A DNA stretch of 63,820 bases, counting the filler, from Craspedostauros australis (Eukaryota), in assembly GCA_030167865.1 (NCBI GenBank). It is 11 parts of 11 records of this genome, joined end to end, with 100 filler letters (N's around TTAATTAATTAA, not from the genome) between each part and the next. Parts side by side here need not be neighbours in the genome. Positions count along the whole stretch, not along the records: positions 36,233 to 57,763 come from JALAGF010001513.1; 10 more parts are not named here. One strand, given 5' to 3'. The first letter of the stretch is position 1; the number at the start of each line of letters is the position of its first letter. Below are positions 45,007 through 56,386 of this stretch, piece after piece. The translations under genes were made by a program, and so were the position numbers. Under the pieces are notes generated by a model. That model saw only the letters and a program-made list of their open reading frames with translations, was not told where the DNA came from and did no database searches.

Positions 45007-46425
45007 CTACTGGGCAACCACGTTCGCGTGCTTGTCCGTACGCATACTGGTGGTCGTAGCCACAGTCATTGTTTGGCCGAAAACCGCGTGCGGGTGGACA
45101 AAGTGCGTACTCCGGAATGGCTGCGATGAAGACAGTGGCGTCGGCTTCGGACTGCTGATAGATAGCGCCGGCTTCGGATCGCTGTTGCCGTCCTTCGTTT
45201 CCTTGGCGCCGTTGCCGTTGCTGTTGCCTTCACAATTCTTGCCACCGCCGCCGTTGAACATGGATTGGAAGGAAGTCTTCACATGATCGATGGCATCATC
45301 CAGCATGTGGAGTGCGCGCAGCGTCTTCGTGAGCACGCGCTCCTTCTTGACGCGCTGGGCTTCGGTGGTGACTCGCTTGATCTCCTGCTTCGTGCAATGG
45401 TCGTGGCTGGAGTATCGCAGCATAACCTTGCGGTCGTAGGGGCTGAGAAGCAGCTGGTGTGGCTTGCGCCTTCGTCTTGGCGCGGAGACGGGCATGCCTT
45501 GCAACTGGCCTGGTAGGTACATCGAAGGCCTGGTGGATCCGCTGAGGCTGTCCACGCTCCTCGTCGTACTGGTGTGGTCGTCGCAATCACTGCCGTCGAC
45601 GATGAGGCCTTCGTAGTCCTCGACAGAGACGACGGTCGATGCGTCGCGATCGTACTCCCAGGAGAGCTGCACTGGAGGACCTGCCGAGCAGCTTGGATGG
45701 TCCGAGACATCGGCCTTGTACTGTCGGATTTCCAGATTGCCGAAGCTCACGTTGCGCTTGAAGGAGGAGGAAGAACGGTCGCTGCTGCAGAGGCTGGACA
45801 GTGACTTCTTCATGGAGGACTTGCGGACCAACGGGGGGAAGTAGACGGAGTCGTCGTCGCCATTGTCATCGGCACTGCCGACCATGTTGTTGTCGCCGTC
45901 GTTGCTGACTTTGTCTGCATGTCCGTCCTTGGCATCCTCTTGGTGATCCTTGGTGTCGCCGTCTTCAATCGATGGTGGATGGCTGGAATGACGCTTACAG
46001 TCGCTATCATCGACAGCATCGCGATCACCATCTGTGGCTGGGAAGTGCTGGTCGAATGTCGGACAGGTCTTGCTCGTGAGCAGCGATGGTTCCGTGCTTG
46101 CAGCTACTTGTGGTCTTCGTGGAAAGTAGATGAAGCTCGAAAAGTCCATGTCGCATTCGGCGTTGTCGCTGCTGCTGCTGCGTTCTTGATCATCGTCACT
46201 TTCGCCGTCGTCGATCATGAACTCGTATGAAGATTCGTCGGATTCGACAGACGCGGAAGTGTTGCTGTCTTTCTGCGTGATGGAGTGATTGGCGTTTGCT
46301 TCGGTTTGCGAGTGTTGCCGTGGTCGTGACTGTTTCGGTGTGTTGCTCAAAAAGGTATCTTTGGTGATGATGGAGTCGAGCGAATCGATGGATGACGAAG
46401 CGCTCAATGAAGTCGAGGCGGTCAT
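45007..46425 (-). CDS. Hypothetical protein, 472 aa, with a low-complexity N-terminus and a compact conserved-looking module
   Basis: KRNVSFGNLEIRQY...DHPSCSAGPPVQLSWEY...SVEDYE...LLSPYDRKVML, a motif set I recognise from expanded uncharacterised diatom proteins. Confidence 0.75.
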   Translation of the reverse strand: MTASTSLSASSSIDSLDSIITKDTFLSNTPKQSRPRQHSQTEANANHSITQKDSNTSASVESDESSYEFMIDDGESDDDQERSSSSDNAECDMDFSSFIYFPRRPQVAASTEPSLLTSKTCPTFDQHFPATDGDRDAVDDSDCKRHSSHPPSIEDGDTKDHQEDAKDGHADKVSNDGDNNMVGSADDNGDDDSVYFPPLVRKSSMKKSLSSLCSSDRSSSSFKRNVSFGNLEIRQYKADVSDHPSCSAGPPVQLSWEYDRDASTVVSVEDYEGLIVDGSDCDDHTSTTRSVDSLSGSTRPSMYLPGQLQGMPVSAPRRRRKPHQLLLSPYDRKVMLRYSSHDHCTKQEIKRVTTEAQRVKKERVLTKTLRALHMLDDAIDHVKTSFQSMFNGGGGKNCEGNSNGNGAKETKDGNSDPKPALSISSPKPTPLSSSQPFRSTHFVHPHAVFGQTMTVATTTSMRTDKHANVVAQ

Positions 46426-47610
46426 GTTGGCTTCGGAATGATGGGACTGCTTGAGTCGTGTACTGAGACAGAAATCAGGGAATTCTCTGGATGACGAGAC
46501 GAAAAGTGAATAGGGGGATATCGCATTTCACATTGCGAGTCCCACGGTACAAAATAACCTGATAATGACATTTTTAGAGGGGCAACATGCGAACTTCCCC
46601 CTCGGAAAGTGAAACTCGATTGCGTTTTAGGAGCCAAAAACACAATTGAGTTTCACATTGCAGTCCCGGCAANCCAACCTTCCACGTGTTGGAACGAAAC
46701 CAATGGCCAATCATTTCTCTTCATTTGCAGCAATGTTGAGTCGTCCTTGTCGTGCTGATGATAGTTTTTTGAGATGCTAATGATGATGAAACTAGCATTA
46801 CGAATAAGGGGTGCATGGAGCGATAGAGAGTGATTGCGATGTCGAATATGCCTGTAAGCTTCACATATGATATCTGCGCACAAGTCACAAACACCCTCTT
46901 CATGATACAGCTGAGAAATCTTTGCTCATATCCTATTTCACCCGATACAACATCCGCGGCGTGTTCCTGATGCTCTGAGGACTAGTGTAGTCAGATACGA
47001 CCAGGGACTTCTACCAACGCACATTTTGCATCCTTTGGAGATCCTGACTGCCATATTGGAAGTCGTCGGTGGTCTCCAACCAACCCAACGTGCAATCGCA
47101 ATAGTTCTGTGTAGACTGCGTGAAGAGTTTCTATTGGACAACAAACTGCTGATCCATCTCCATGATACGGTGATCAAGAGGTCTCTGCCATCGATATTGG
47201 CAACAGGGCCTTGAACAAGCCATACTTATCAGGAACAAAGTGCTTGGGCATCTGTTACCGAACCTCTGTTAATGGCAAAGTTGAGACAGAAGAGATGGCA
47301 ACGAAACTCTCACACCAGGAAGTTCCTAAGAGGAGAAAGAGGGATTTGCGTTGCGTAAAACTCAGAGCACACCCATTAACGATCCTACCATCCTTTGGTC
47401 TCAACAAGTGATGCGATAACCTGCAACGAAGCATTCAGATCATACCATTCTAAACTCGAACTCTATTCTACAGAAGAGAAGCCGATTCAGTCATGTTGGT
47501 CGTCTTTCTGTGTAGGTCACGAACGAGTCACGAGTACCAATGTGAAATCCGAACGTGAGTGCCACATGTGACATGAATGGAGGGGTGTGAATGTGAAATG
47601 CGATATCCCT

Positions 47611-48060
47611 CTAATGACACGATGGTGTTGGTGATCCGTTGGTCGTTGCAGATGTTGTTGCAGATGCGGTCGTGCTTGACGATGAGAAGGAAGAAACAGA
47701 ATTCTGAAGGTGGCAGCAACTTGACCCGTCGGAGGTGATGGAGGAGTGATCGTTGGCATCGTTGTTTTCGTCGTCGTCGTCGTCGTTGGTGGGGAAATGA
47801 AGGAGGAAGTCGCCTGATGCGTACGGCATGTCATCGATGTTGCAATCGCTGAGGATGCTCTCGTCATGTTCCTCATCTTGCGCTTGTGTTTGTGTTTGTT
47901 CCTCATTCTCATGGCTGTTGCGCTCTGCCGGTTTTGTGGGTACGGTGTGCTGGGGTTCGCGCGCTGCTTGCACATCGGCTGCGTCGTTGGTTGCTGTTGC
48001 GTCGTGTGCCATCTCATGGAGCGCCATCGTCAGCTGCTCGCCGAGGAAGAAGCTGTCCAT
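47611..48060 (-). CDS. Possible small acidic low-complexity protein
   Basis: ORF MDSFFLGEQLTMALHEM...DDMPYASGDFLLHF; no recognisable domain. Confidence 0.3.
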   Translation of the reverse strand: MDSFFLGEQLTMALHEMAHDATATNDAADVQAAREPQHTVPTKPAERNSHENEEQTQTQAQDEEHDESILSDCNIDDMPYASGDFLLHFPTNDDDDDENNDANDHSSITSDGSSCCHLQNSVSSFSSSSTTASATTSATTNGSPTPSCH

Positions 48061-50592
48061 CTCTACCTGGAAGCGTTGGTTGATGTGCGTGGACTGATCG
48101 TGCGATGCACGAGGTTTGCGTTGCGTTGGAGAACAGAACATGGTCGAGAATTGTCTTCGGAAGTTGTTGTCGTCGTTGTCGTTGTGGTTGTCGTCGTTGT
48201 TGTGAGGCAGTTGTGTGTAATGGTGCCTGGTGCAGGTATGGTGCTTCGTTTTCTTCTTTGCTTCGCTCTGTTGCTGTTGTTGTTGATGTTGTGTCGGTGT
48301 GACGAAGACAAGCGGTCGAGATGTGGTGAGTCACAGGGAGATGATGTGTCCGAAGTCGCTTTGCAGACGGCATCGGGGAACGGATGATGGCCTTGGTGGA
48401 ACCATTGTGGCAATTGAGTTCTTTTCCGGCTGTGTGATAAAACCTGCTTCGCTGCGCAACTGCTCCAAACAGTCATCCATCACGTCCCAGTTGTTGCGCT
48501 GGAACCATACTGCCCAGTGCACAGCTGAGCAGAGGCGTTGCTGACTTCGATCACGCTGGACGAACAATTCTCCTTCTTCCAACTTCTTGGGGGTAGAATT
48601 CCGATCGAAACTTCCTCCCACTGGTGAATCGAAGTTGGTCGACAGCGGCGGAATCTGATTGGAACATTGCTCTTCTGTGATATTTCGCCCAACAGACCGA
48701 AATCACCTTTCTCCTCCGCACGCCTTTGCCGCCTCACTTTTTCGCGAATCAACAAGATGTCTCTTGTTTGATCGTGGTCCGCGAAATCTGGTTGTGAAGC
48801 AGAAACAGATGGCGAACAAAACGTGCCGATGGTCCAAAGAAAAACAAGACATAACGCAACACAGCAGAAGACAGATGAGACCCAATGATGGTGCTGGCAC
48901 TTACATTTACTCTCGCCACTCCAGTTCATACTCCACGATGAGCATGAGCTTCAAGTACGCCTCAGAGTAGAGCAGCATGTCTGCCCAACACACGCATTTC
49001 ATCGTCAGCGACGAGCAACGACGACAACTTCGAACCGCCGATGATTCACGGATAATGATTGGGGCACATCAATAACGTGTCGCCAAGGACACAAAACGCT
49101 GGAGCATGATCGGCACTTGTTCCATCCTCTTTTCGCCCATCTGCGACACAGACACAGAGCAGCTTGATGCTGTCTGCTGATGCTGTCTGCTGATGCTTTC
49201 TGACTACGACAAGAACAGAAACAGCAACAGCAACAGATGCAGGAACGGCATCTGTGGAGGACATCCGATGCAAGCTAACATTGATCTGCTCACAGTTAAC
49301 AACAGACGTTCATCGTATTGATTTACGTTTGTGCGTTCTCCTTCCAATCGCATTCTTGACATTAGCACGGGGGTGCTGTGCTCCACTCGGCTCTGATCGG
49401 GAATGTAGCTGGCTTTCCCAGTCATTGAATCAGGCTGGAGCGACTCGTCAAATGCTGGCTTATTGCTGAAAACTAACCTTGGTTTGTAGCTTGCATAGCT
49501 TCCTTTCCCACGAATAACTAATCACGAGTTGTTCGAAGACAATGAACTTCAAAATTATGTTATTTTACCGCAACTTATGCAATTCGTTGTTGTTGTCCGT
49601 GCTCACAAGTTGGAGGTCAGAACGGTCCGTGGTGATCGTCAGAATCAACGCATCTCATCGCCCACGAAAGCACACATGTACGCAAACACGCACAAACACG
49701 CAAACATGCTCTGCGGCCTCCCCTGCTCTATTTCTATCACTATGCCCACAACATAGTACAAATGCAGACGCGCACCACATCAGCGCCAGACATCCGCGAC
49801 AGCTTTGATTCCTCTCCTCCGAGGTTGGAAAAGTCGCCAACAAAAGAGACAATCGCCAAACCTGTCTTGCAGCTTGTCAGCACAAAAGGCTTCCAATCAG
49901 CCTAGACAATGCACTTTCGAATAGCCTCATTCGGTTCCCTCCATTAATGGCCTATAATTCTGCCAGATCACAAACACGATGTCATGAACACTCAAGAATG
50001 CTCTGCTCTATCGGTCTCCAAGAGAACAGAAGATACTAATGGTACTTTGGTTTACGCCGGCGGCCATGGATCTCATTTATGCTCGCATCGCAGTCCACGC
50101 TTGTACATTCATGTTTCGACCTTCGTCTCAGCCATCCATCCATCCAAGCAACGAAACGATAAGGAACCGCTTTCGGATCAGGCCGTTTTCCGAAGAAGCA
50201 ATCACCTTCGACATTCTCCCACCTCGTCTGCAGAACACAGACTTCCTGACAAAAAGAGCCTGGAGACTGTCGGATGTAGTTGAATGAGTACCATGTCCTA
50301 CGAGGATTGCTCTATCGAAGAAAAAAATGAGCGCCAGAGATAGTGCACGAAACCTACGGGCTACTTGCACCATTCATAGGTAAAGTTGAGTAGATTTTCG
50401 TGTCCGTCCTTGAAATTGTGGCCACCATCTTTGTCACCGTTGTTGTGGTCCTTTTGCTTCTCAGTGATGCCTCTTCGACGCTGATGCCATAATGTCAAAC
50501 GATACAAGTTGTCAGCACCAACAGAAGCCGACCAGAGCCAGTCAAGGACCTCACGACCACATATAATAGCAAACGACCAACATTAAGCCAAG

Positions 50593-52368
50593 ATGTCCGT
50601 CGATTTGGGAAACTGCAAGGCCGCGAGCCTGGACTTCATCGTGAGAGAAGATGACACCGAGATGCTCGCCGTCGAGGATGACATCCGCATGGACCTGGAG
50701 CGAATCGGCATCAAGGTCAACGGCATGTTCCTGGACGATGACAAGTACCGCGATGCCGAACTCGAGGGCAACTACAACGTCCTGTTCACCCGCTCGTGGG
50801 GTGCCCCGTACGATCCGCATTCCTACATGAACTCCTGGGCCACACCGTCCCACGTGGAGTACTCCGCCATCAACAACCTGCAGGACCCGCTCACTCGTGA
50901 CGATCTCCTGAAGAAGATCGCGGACGTCCAGACGCTCCTCGATCCACAGGCCATCGAGAAGAAGTGGCACGAGATCCTTGACGACGTTCACAAGCAGGCC
51001 ATCTTCATGCCGCTGTGGGGCACCCGCGTCCCGTACGTCCTCAACCGACGTCTCATCGGCTTCACCGTGGGTGAGCAGTCCTGGTCCTTCCCCTTCCACA
51101 CGGTGCAGGTCGCCAGCGGATCCAGGAACGTGACCCTGAGTCCGGGACTCGGGGGCATGTTCGACAACGTTGGACCGCTGCATCCGCATCTCTACTCTCC
51201 CAACCAGCTCTACGCCCAGGACTGGATCTACGAGGGCCTCGTGAGCTACGGTCAGGATGGTGAGATCGTCCCAGCCCTTGCCGAGTCCTGGAAGACCGAG
51301 CAGATCGCAACGGGCCAACGCATGACCTTCGTCCTGCGCAAGGGCGTCAAGTTCCACGACGGAACCGACTTCAACTGCGCCGCCGCCAAGCTCAACTTCG
51401 ACCACGTTCTTTCCGACACCGTGCGTCAGCGCCACCAGTGGTTCGGAGCCGGCAAGCACCTCAAGTCCTGGATCTGCGACAGCGACGACAACTTCGTCCT
51501 CGAGACCACCACGGCCTTCTACCCGCTCCTCCAGGAGCTCACCTACATCCGCCCTCTCCGCTTCGCCTCCCCAGCCGCCTTCTCTCAAGGAATCGACTCC
51601 GACGCCGACCTCCACAACTCCTGCGCACCAGGCATGTTCGGTTCCGGCTGGGAGGAGCTCGAGAAGAATATCACGTGCGCCGGACTCAGCGAGCCCATCG
51701 GAACCGGACCCTTCAAGTACGTCTCGCGCGTGACGAACGACGAGGGCACGGACAAGGAGGTCATCTTCGAGCGCCATGCCGACTACTGGGGACAGCAGCC
51801 AGGCTTCGATCAGCTCAAGATCGTTCACTACGTCGATAACAACGCCGTCGAGGCGGCCCTCATGTCCGGTGAGCTCGACATGGCCCTCGGTCTCGGACCC
51901 CTCAACCCCAAGCAGGTGCAGGACCTCAAGTTCTTCCACAGCGACAAGTTCGACGTGCGCCACAGCGCGGTCCTGCGTCATGCGCTGCTCGTCTTCAACA
52001 CCAACAAGGCCCCAACTGACGACATCCAGGTGCGACGTGCCATCATCCACGCCATCGACAAGGCCCAGTTCCTCGAGGAGGAGTTCGCCGGATTGGAGCA
52101 GCCCGTCACGCAGCTTCTGCCGCTGTCGGCCCCGTACTGCAACGTCGATCTCAGCCCCAAGTGGGGTTACGACATCGACAAGGCCCAGCTCATCAACTGT
52201 CCCGCCGACAACAGCGACGACTCTCTTTCGGGCGGCATCATTGCCGTGATCGTCATCGCCGGTGTGGCCGTCCTGGGCCTCGCCCTTCTCGTCTTCAACA
52301 TGATCTCTCGCGAGCGCAGCGGCAAGCCCATGTTTGCCCCACCAGACAAGGAGGCCGTCCAAGCCTAG
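50593..52368 (+). CDS. Membrane-anchored NikA-like solute-binding protein (SBP family 5; ZCRP-B-like), circularly permuted, 591 aa
   Basis: SWGAPYDPH, VGPLHPHLYSPNQ, IYEGLV, PALAESW, LRKGVKFHDG, YPLLQELTYIRPLRF, PIGTGPF, VRRAIIHAIDK. C-terminal TM ~52231-52296 and a short tail; very strong codon bias. Confidence 0.9.
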   Translation: MSVDLGNCKAASLDFIVREDDTEMLAVEDDIRMDLERIGIKVNGMFLDDDKYRDAELEGNYNVLFTRSWGAPYDPHSYMNSWATPSHVEYSAINNLQDPLTRDDLLKKIADVQTLLDPQAIEKKWHEILDDVHKQAIFMPLWGTRVPYVLNRRLIGFTVGEQSWSFPFHTVQVASGSRNVTLSPGLGGMFDNVGPLHPHLYSPNQLYAQDWIYEGLVSYGQDGEIVPALAESWKTEQIATGQRMTFVLRKGVKFHDGTDFNCAAAKLNFDHVLSDTVRQRHQWFGAGKHLKSWICDSDDNFVLETTTAFYPLLQELTYIRPLRFASPAAFSQGIDSDADLHNSCAPGMFGSGWEELEKNITCAGLSEPIGTGPFKYVSRVTNDEGTDKEVIFERHADYWGQQPGFDQLKIVHYVDNNAVEAALMSGELDMALGLGPLNPKQVQDLKFFHSDKFDVRHSAVLRHALLVFNTNKAPTDDIQVRRAIIHAIDKAQFLEEEFAGLEQPVTQLLPLSAPYCNVDLSPKWGYDIDKAQLINCPADNSDDSLSGGIIAVIVIAGVAVLGLALLVFNMISRERSGKPMFAPPDKEAVQA

Positions 52369-52797
52369 GCAGCGGTAGAGACAGACCGAGATGGAGCGAA
52401 GTGAAGCGGAGACGATTCGCACCACACAACATGCATGTACGACAACATTGTGTATTAGTTACTCTAATCACGAGCGGAAATGTCACTGGAGCATTCTGGC
52501 ACCAGCGCTGTTAGCAATAGAACAGCATAGTATCAGTTTCTTACTCGATGCGGGGAGGAGCACATCGTATGTACGGTGTTATTGTAGTCTGGAATACTCG
52601 TTGGAAGGGATGGCGTCTATGAAGAGCTCAAGTTGAGATGGATTGCACGTACAAGTGGTGACAGAGTGCAGGAAGGTATAGTAACGAGATGTTTAGTTGT
52701 ATAATCGATTCAATCATGCTCTTGGATACGTGCTGTATTTTGGCTCCATGTGAAGCGCCATCATGATGTGTTGTGCTGATCATGGAACGAAGAGCCT

Positions 52798-54673
52798 TCA
52801 GTTGGGATTGCGCAAGCCGCTTCCGTCAGTCTTCTTGCTCCCCTGAGACAGGCGCTGGGCGATGTGTTCTTGTCGTTGAGAGGGATCGACGTACTTGGCT
52901 TCCTGGACGCAGTTGGTACCATCCTCGTAGCATGGGTAGTTCTGGACGGTGAAGGTGGAAGGTGTGGCCCATGCAACTTCCATCTCGATGCCTAGGCTGT
53001 TGTGTCCAGCCAGGATGCGGAAGCTTCCCATCTGTCCCCGTGCATCGCAAAAGTGTTCAGAGTATGATTGTTTGTTTGTTTGTTAGCAGCGCGTGTTGTG
53101 GTTTGGGATGAAGGACGTGAGAAGCTCGTTTGGCACCAGGCAACAAGATACAGCGTCTGCATCGCAATAGCACAATACAGGCAGAGCAACAGCAACCACA
53201 AAAGCAGAGCTATGGAATGCACCATATGATTGTCAACAATCAAGGCACCTTCAAGGCACCACCGATACCAATCCAATCCAAAGCACGAACACCGCGTGAC
53301 GAGAATGACAAAGCGTACCTCGCCCCAATACTCTCCCCAGGAATTGCGCACGATCCAGAACACATCCCCGGTCTTGGGATCCGTTCCCCAGCCAGTGATG
53401 GAGACGATGTGGTTGACCATCATGTTCAATGGATTGGTATTGCGGACGATGCCTCCGGTGTACTTGAGCAAAGGCTCGGCGTTGACTCCGGTGGCGACGG
53501 GGCCGCGCGCGTAGATCTCGGCCTGCAGCTTGTGCTTGATGCTGGTGGGCGATGTGAGGATGGTGTAGGTGCCGTACTCCGAGATGGTGGCGTTGGGGAA
53601 GAAGTCGATCTCCGTGCAGGCGCCGCCCATGCCGGCGAAGGTGTCGCAGGTCCTGCACTTGTTTTCGGCGGAGCATTTGGTGTCCACATGCTTGCAAAAG
53701 CCCTCGGAGGATTCCTTGGAGCATGCCAGGTATGGCTGGCAGGTGTCGTACGCCACGTATCCGGAATGGCTGTGGATGAACTCATACACGCCCGTGTGGG
53801 ATCCGCCGTGGCAGCTTCCGGCCACGTTCCCCGCACAATTGAGGATGTGTTGCACGGAGAGGTTGATCTCATCCTTGCTCGAGTTGGTGATCTTGATGCG
53901 ATCGGCGAGGGAGGACAGAGCTCCGTGGGCCCAGCAGGAGCCGCAGTATTGCGGGATGTGCTGCTCAACAAGAAGTTGCATGGTGTAGAAGTACAAAGTA
54001 TTGGAGATGTGATGAACATGATCGGCGGTGACGATGACGACAGCGATGGCAACAGCAATAGAAACAGATACGTTGAGTGTGGAGGAATTGCAGTTGTACC
54101 ATAGGTTCGTAAAGAACAATCCGAATGAGCAGCTTGCATTCCCCACAGCAGCCATCGGCAGCAGCTGCCGCTTCATGTTCCGAATCGCCTCTTTCGTTAT
54201 CCATTGGCCAATCCATGGAAGCACATTGATGTGGCAACTATCATAGTACGAGAGCGTACTGCCTGTGCAATTCAACATTCAACATTCAATGCTGCTCGTA
54301 TTGATGTCTCACCTGATTGAGATTGTGGGTGAGGTAGGAATGACCGCTGACGTTGCCCCAGTAGAAGTTGTCTGGCAGATCCTCCTCTGCGATGTAGGTG
54401 TGCGGGAGAGGCTTGGAGTAGTGCTCGCGGACCGTGTGTCCCTCCATCAACTGGTCGACGCATTGAACAAAAGCAAGAGTGGCAGGCAGGCAGGAAGGAA
54501 GGAGGTGTGAGAAGTCGCGATTCCACGAGAATGACAAGGCAAGACGCCGCACAACTTTCTCGCGGGCGCACCTTGAACTCGTTGTGTCTTGTTGCTGTGG
54601 AAGCGGCTTCATCTGCAGAAGCAATGCCGACGATGGCCAGCAGGAACGTTGCGCTGCATTTAGAGAATAACAT
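52798..54673 (-). CDS. Cathepsin X/Z-like papain-family (C1A) cysteine protease; 4 exons (54673-54572, 54450-54313, 53960-53319, 53031-52798)
   Basis: Signal peptide MLFSKCSATFLLAIVGIASA; spliced NQ|HIPQYCGSCWAH with the cathepsin X HIP insertion; NHIVSITGWG; VRNSWGEYWGE|MG. Three GT-AG phase-0 introns. Confidence 0.92.
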
Positions 54674-55315
54674 GGTGGTGGGATGCAGTGTTGCAACGGA
54701 GTTGGTGTGTTGTGGACGGTTGCGTCGATGACAGTTGCGACAATGGCGAATTGGAAGTTCCTCTTGTGATTGTGTCAGCACGAAGAGAAGATCTTTGTTG
54801 CGCGTTGTTGTCACTTTCGTCGCGCTATTTTGTGTCGTGTAGCGTGGTGTCGTGGATGTGCTGCGTTGTGCCGTCAGTTTTGTCGTGTTGGATCTTGTTT
54901 CTGCTGTCCGGATTCGTCTTTCTCGTTCTTCTGTGGCCGATTTGTTCTCGCGATCTGCAGAATTTCTGACACGTGACATCATCGTTCTTTCGTTCCTTCG
55001 CGCCAATTGTCTCGTGCGATTCCATTGTTTGGATTCGAGGTGGTCAATTCGAGAGAGTCTTGCATTCATCCATCCATTTCTTTCAAATCTGGCCGCCAAA
55101 GAGACGTGTCCAAACAACGCGAGAACAAGCACATCAACCAACCAATCAATCAACAGGCCCATCAATGTCCTCATCTCACATTTCGGCATCCAGCATCAAC
55201 ACAGAACATACTATTATAGTAGAGGACGCATTCTGCGCAAAAGCCATCAGAAGTGGGCTTCATTCTGCTCCACTTGTCTTACTCTCTGCAAACCCGCACA
55301 CTTCGAAACATCAGC

Positions 55316-56352
55316 ATGATTCGTACCTTCTGCTGCGTTCAGGCGCTGGTTTGGATGCCTCTTTGTGCCCTTGCATTTCAGCCGCAGCGAGTGCTTCCAT
55401 TGGCATCGCATGCTGTACACGATGCACCCTACCTCACAACCTTCGCAACAGCACCATCAGAGTCCACGCCCATGCGTAGACACAGACGCAGGCGAACCCA
55501 ACTATTCTCTTCCCCACAGGAATCATCATCATCATCATCATCAACGATAACAACAGACGCAGCAGCAGCAGTAGCAGCAGCACAGGAGGAAGATGAAGCA
55601 CCACAGTACAAGAAGTACCTCGCCACGTGCATACCAGGATTGGCATCCATCCTGGCCGAAGAATTGCAAACCTTCCACGATCAGCATCAGATCGAGGTCG
55701 CCAACATCCAGCTGTCCGGAAATTCCGCCGTCACGTTCGAGGCCACGCGACATGCCTCCCTCTACTGTCTCTGCTGGTTGCGCACGACGCATCGATTGCT
55801 CGAGCTCATCGTCGATGGCAGCGCCCATGATGCCATGCAGCTCTACGACCGCCACGATCTGTATGACTTTTGCCGACACGAGCTGCCGATTCGCGATATG
55901 ATGAAGATCAACGGCAGCATGGATCTGCGCACCATCTCCGTCAAGGTCTCGTCGACAGCATCCTCCATCCCAAGCGACCTCACCCACTCGCATTACACGG
56001 CGCTGACGATCAAGAACGCCATCGTTGATTACGTGCGCGAGAATCATCCGCACGGCGCGCGTCCGGATGTGGATCTCGACGATGCTGACGTGCCGTTGGT
56101 GTGTCGTATCCGCGGCGTCGAGACGGTCAGCGAGGAGGCCGCGGCGACGATCGCCATCTACCGGTGTCTGCATCCGCCGGGGTCGTTGCACAAACGGGGG
56201 TATCGGCAGAACACCGCCATGCACAAGGCCGCCATGAAGGAGAGCTTGGCGGCGGGGTTGGTGTTGGCGACGGGGTTGTCACAGAAGTTGGAGGCAGCGA
56301 AAGGGAAATGGCAAGAGAATGGCGATGGTGCGAATGAGAGTGATGGCGAGAG

Positions 56353-56386
<34 letters not shown>

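Noticed and set aside
38607..52368. SLC4, GPCR and NikA-like genes as a zinc/carbon-acquisition cluster, with the His-rich cyclase as its sensor
   Set aside because: The genes are kilobases apart with unrelated genes between them, the cyclase is on another contig, and no shared regulatory motif was seen.
50551..52425. 624-aa antisense ORF opposite the NikA-like gene
   Set aside because: Expected shadow of strong GC3 codon bias. The same applies to antisense ORFs over the cyclase, cathepsin and ATPase genes.
52992..54278. 428-aa single-exon protease ORF as given in the ORF track
   Set aside because: Its ends read through introns; the four-exon model restores the signal peptide, NQHIPQYCGSCW and the C-terminus.
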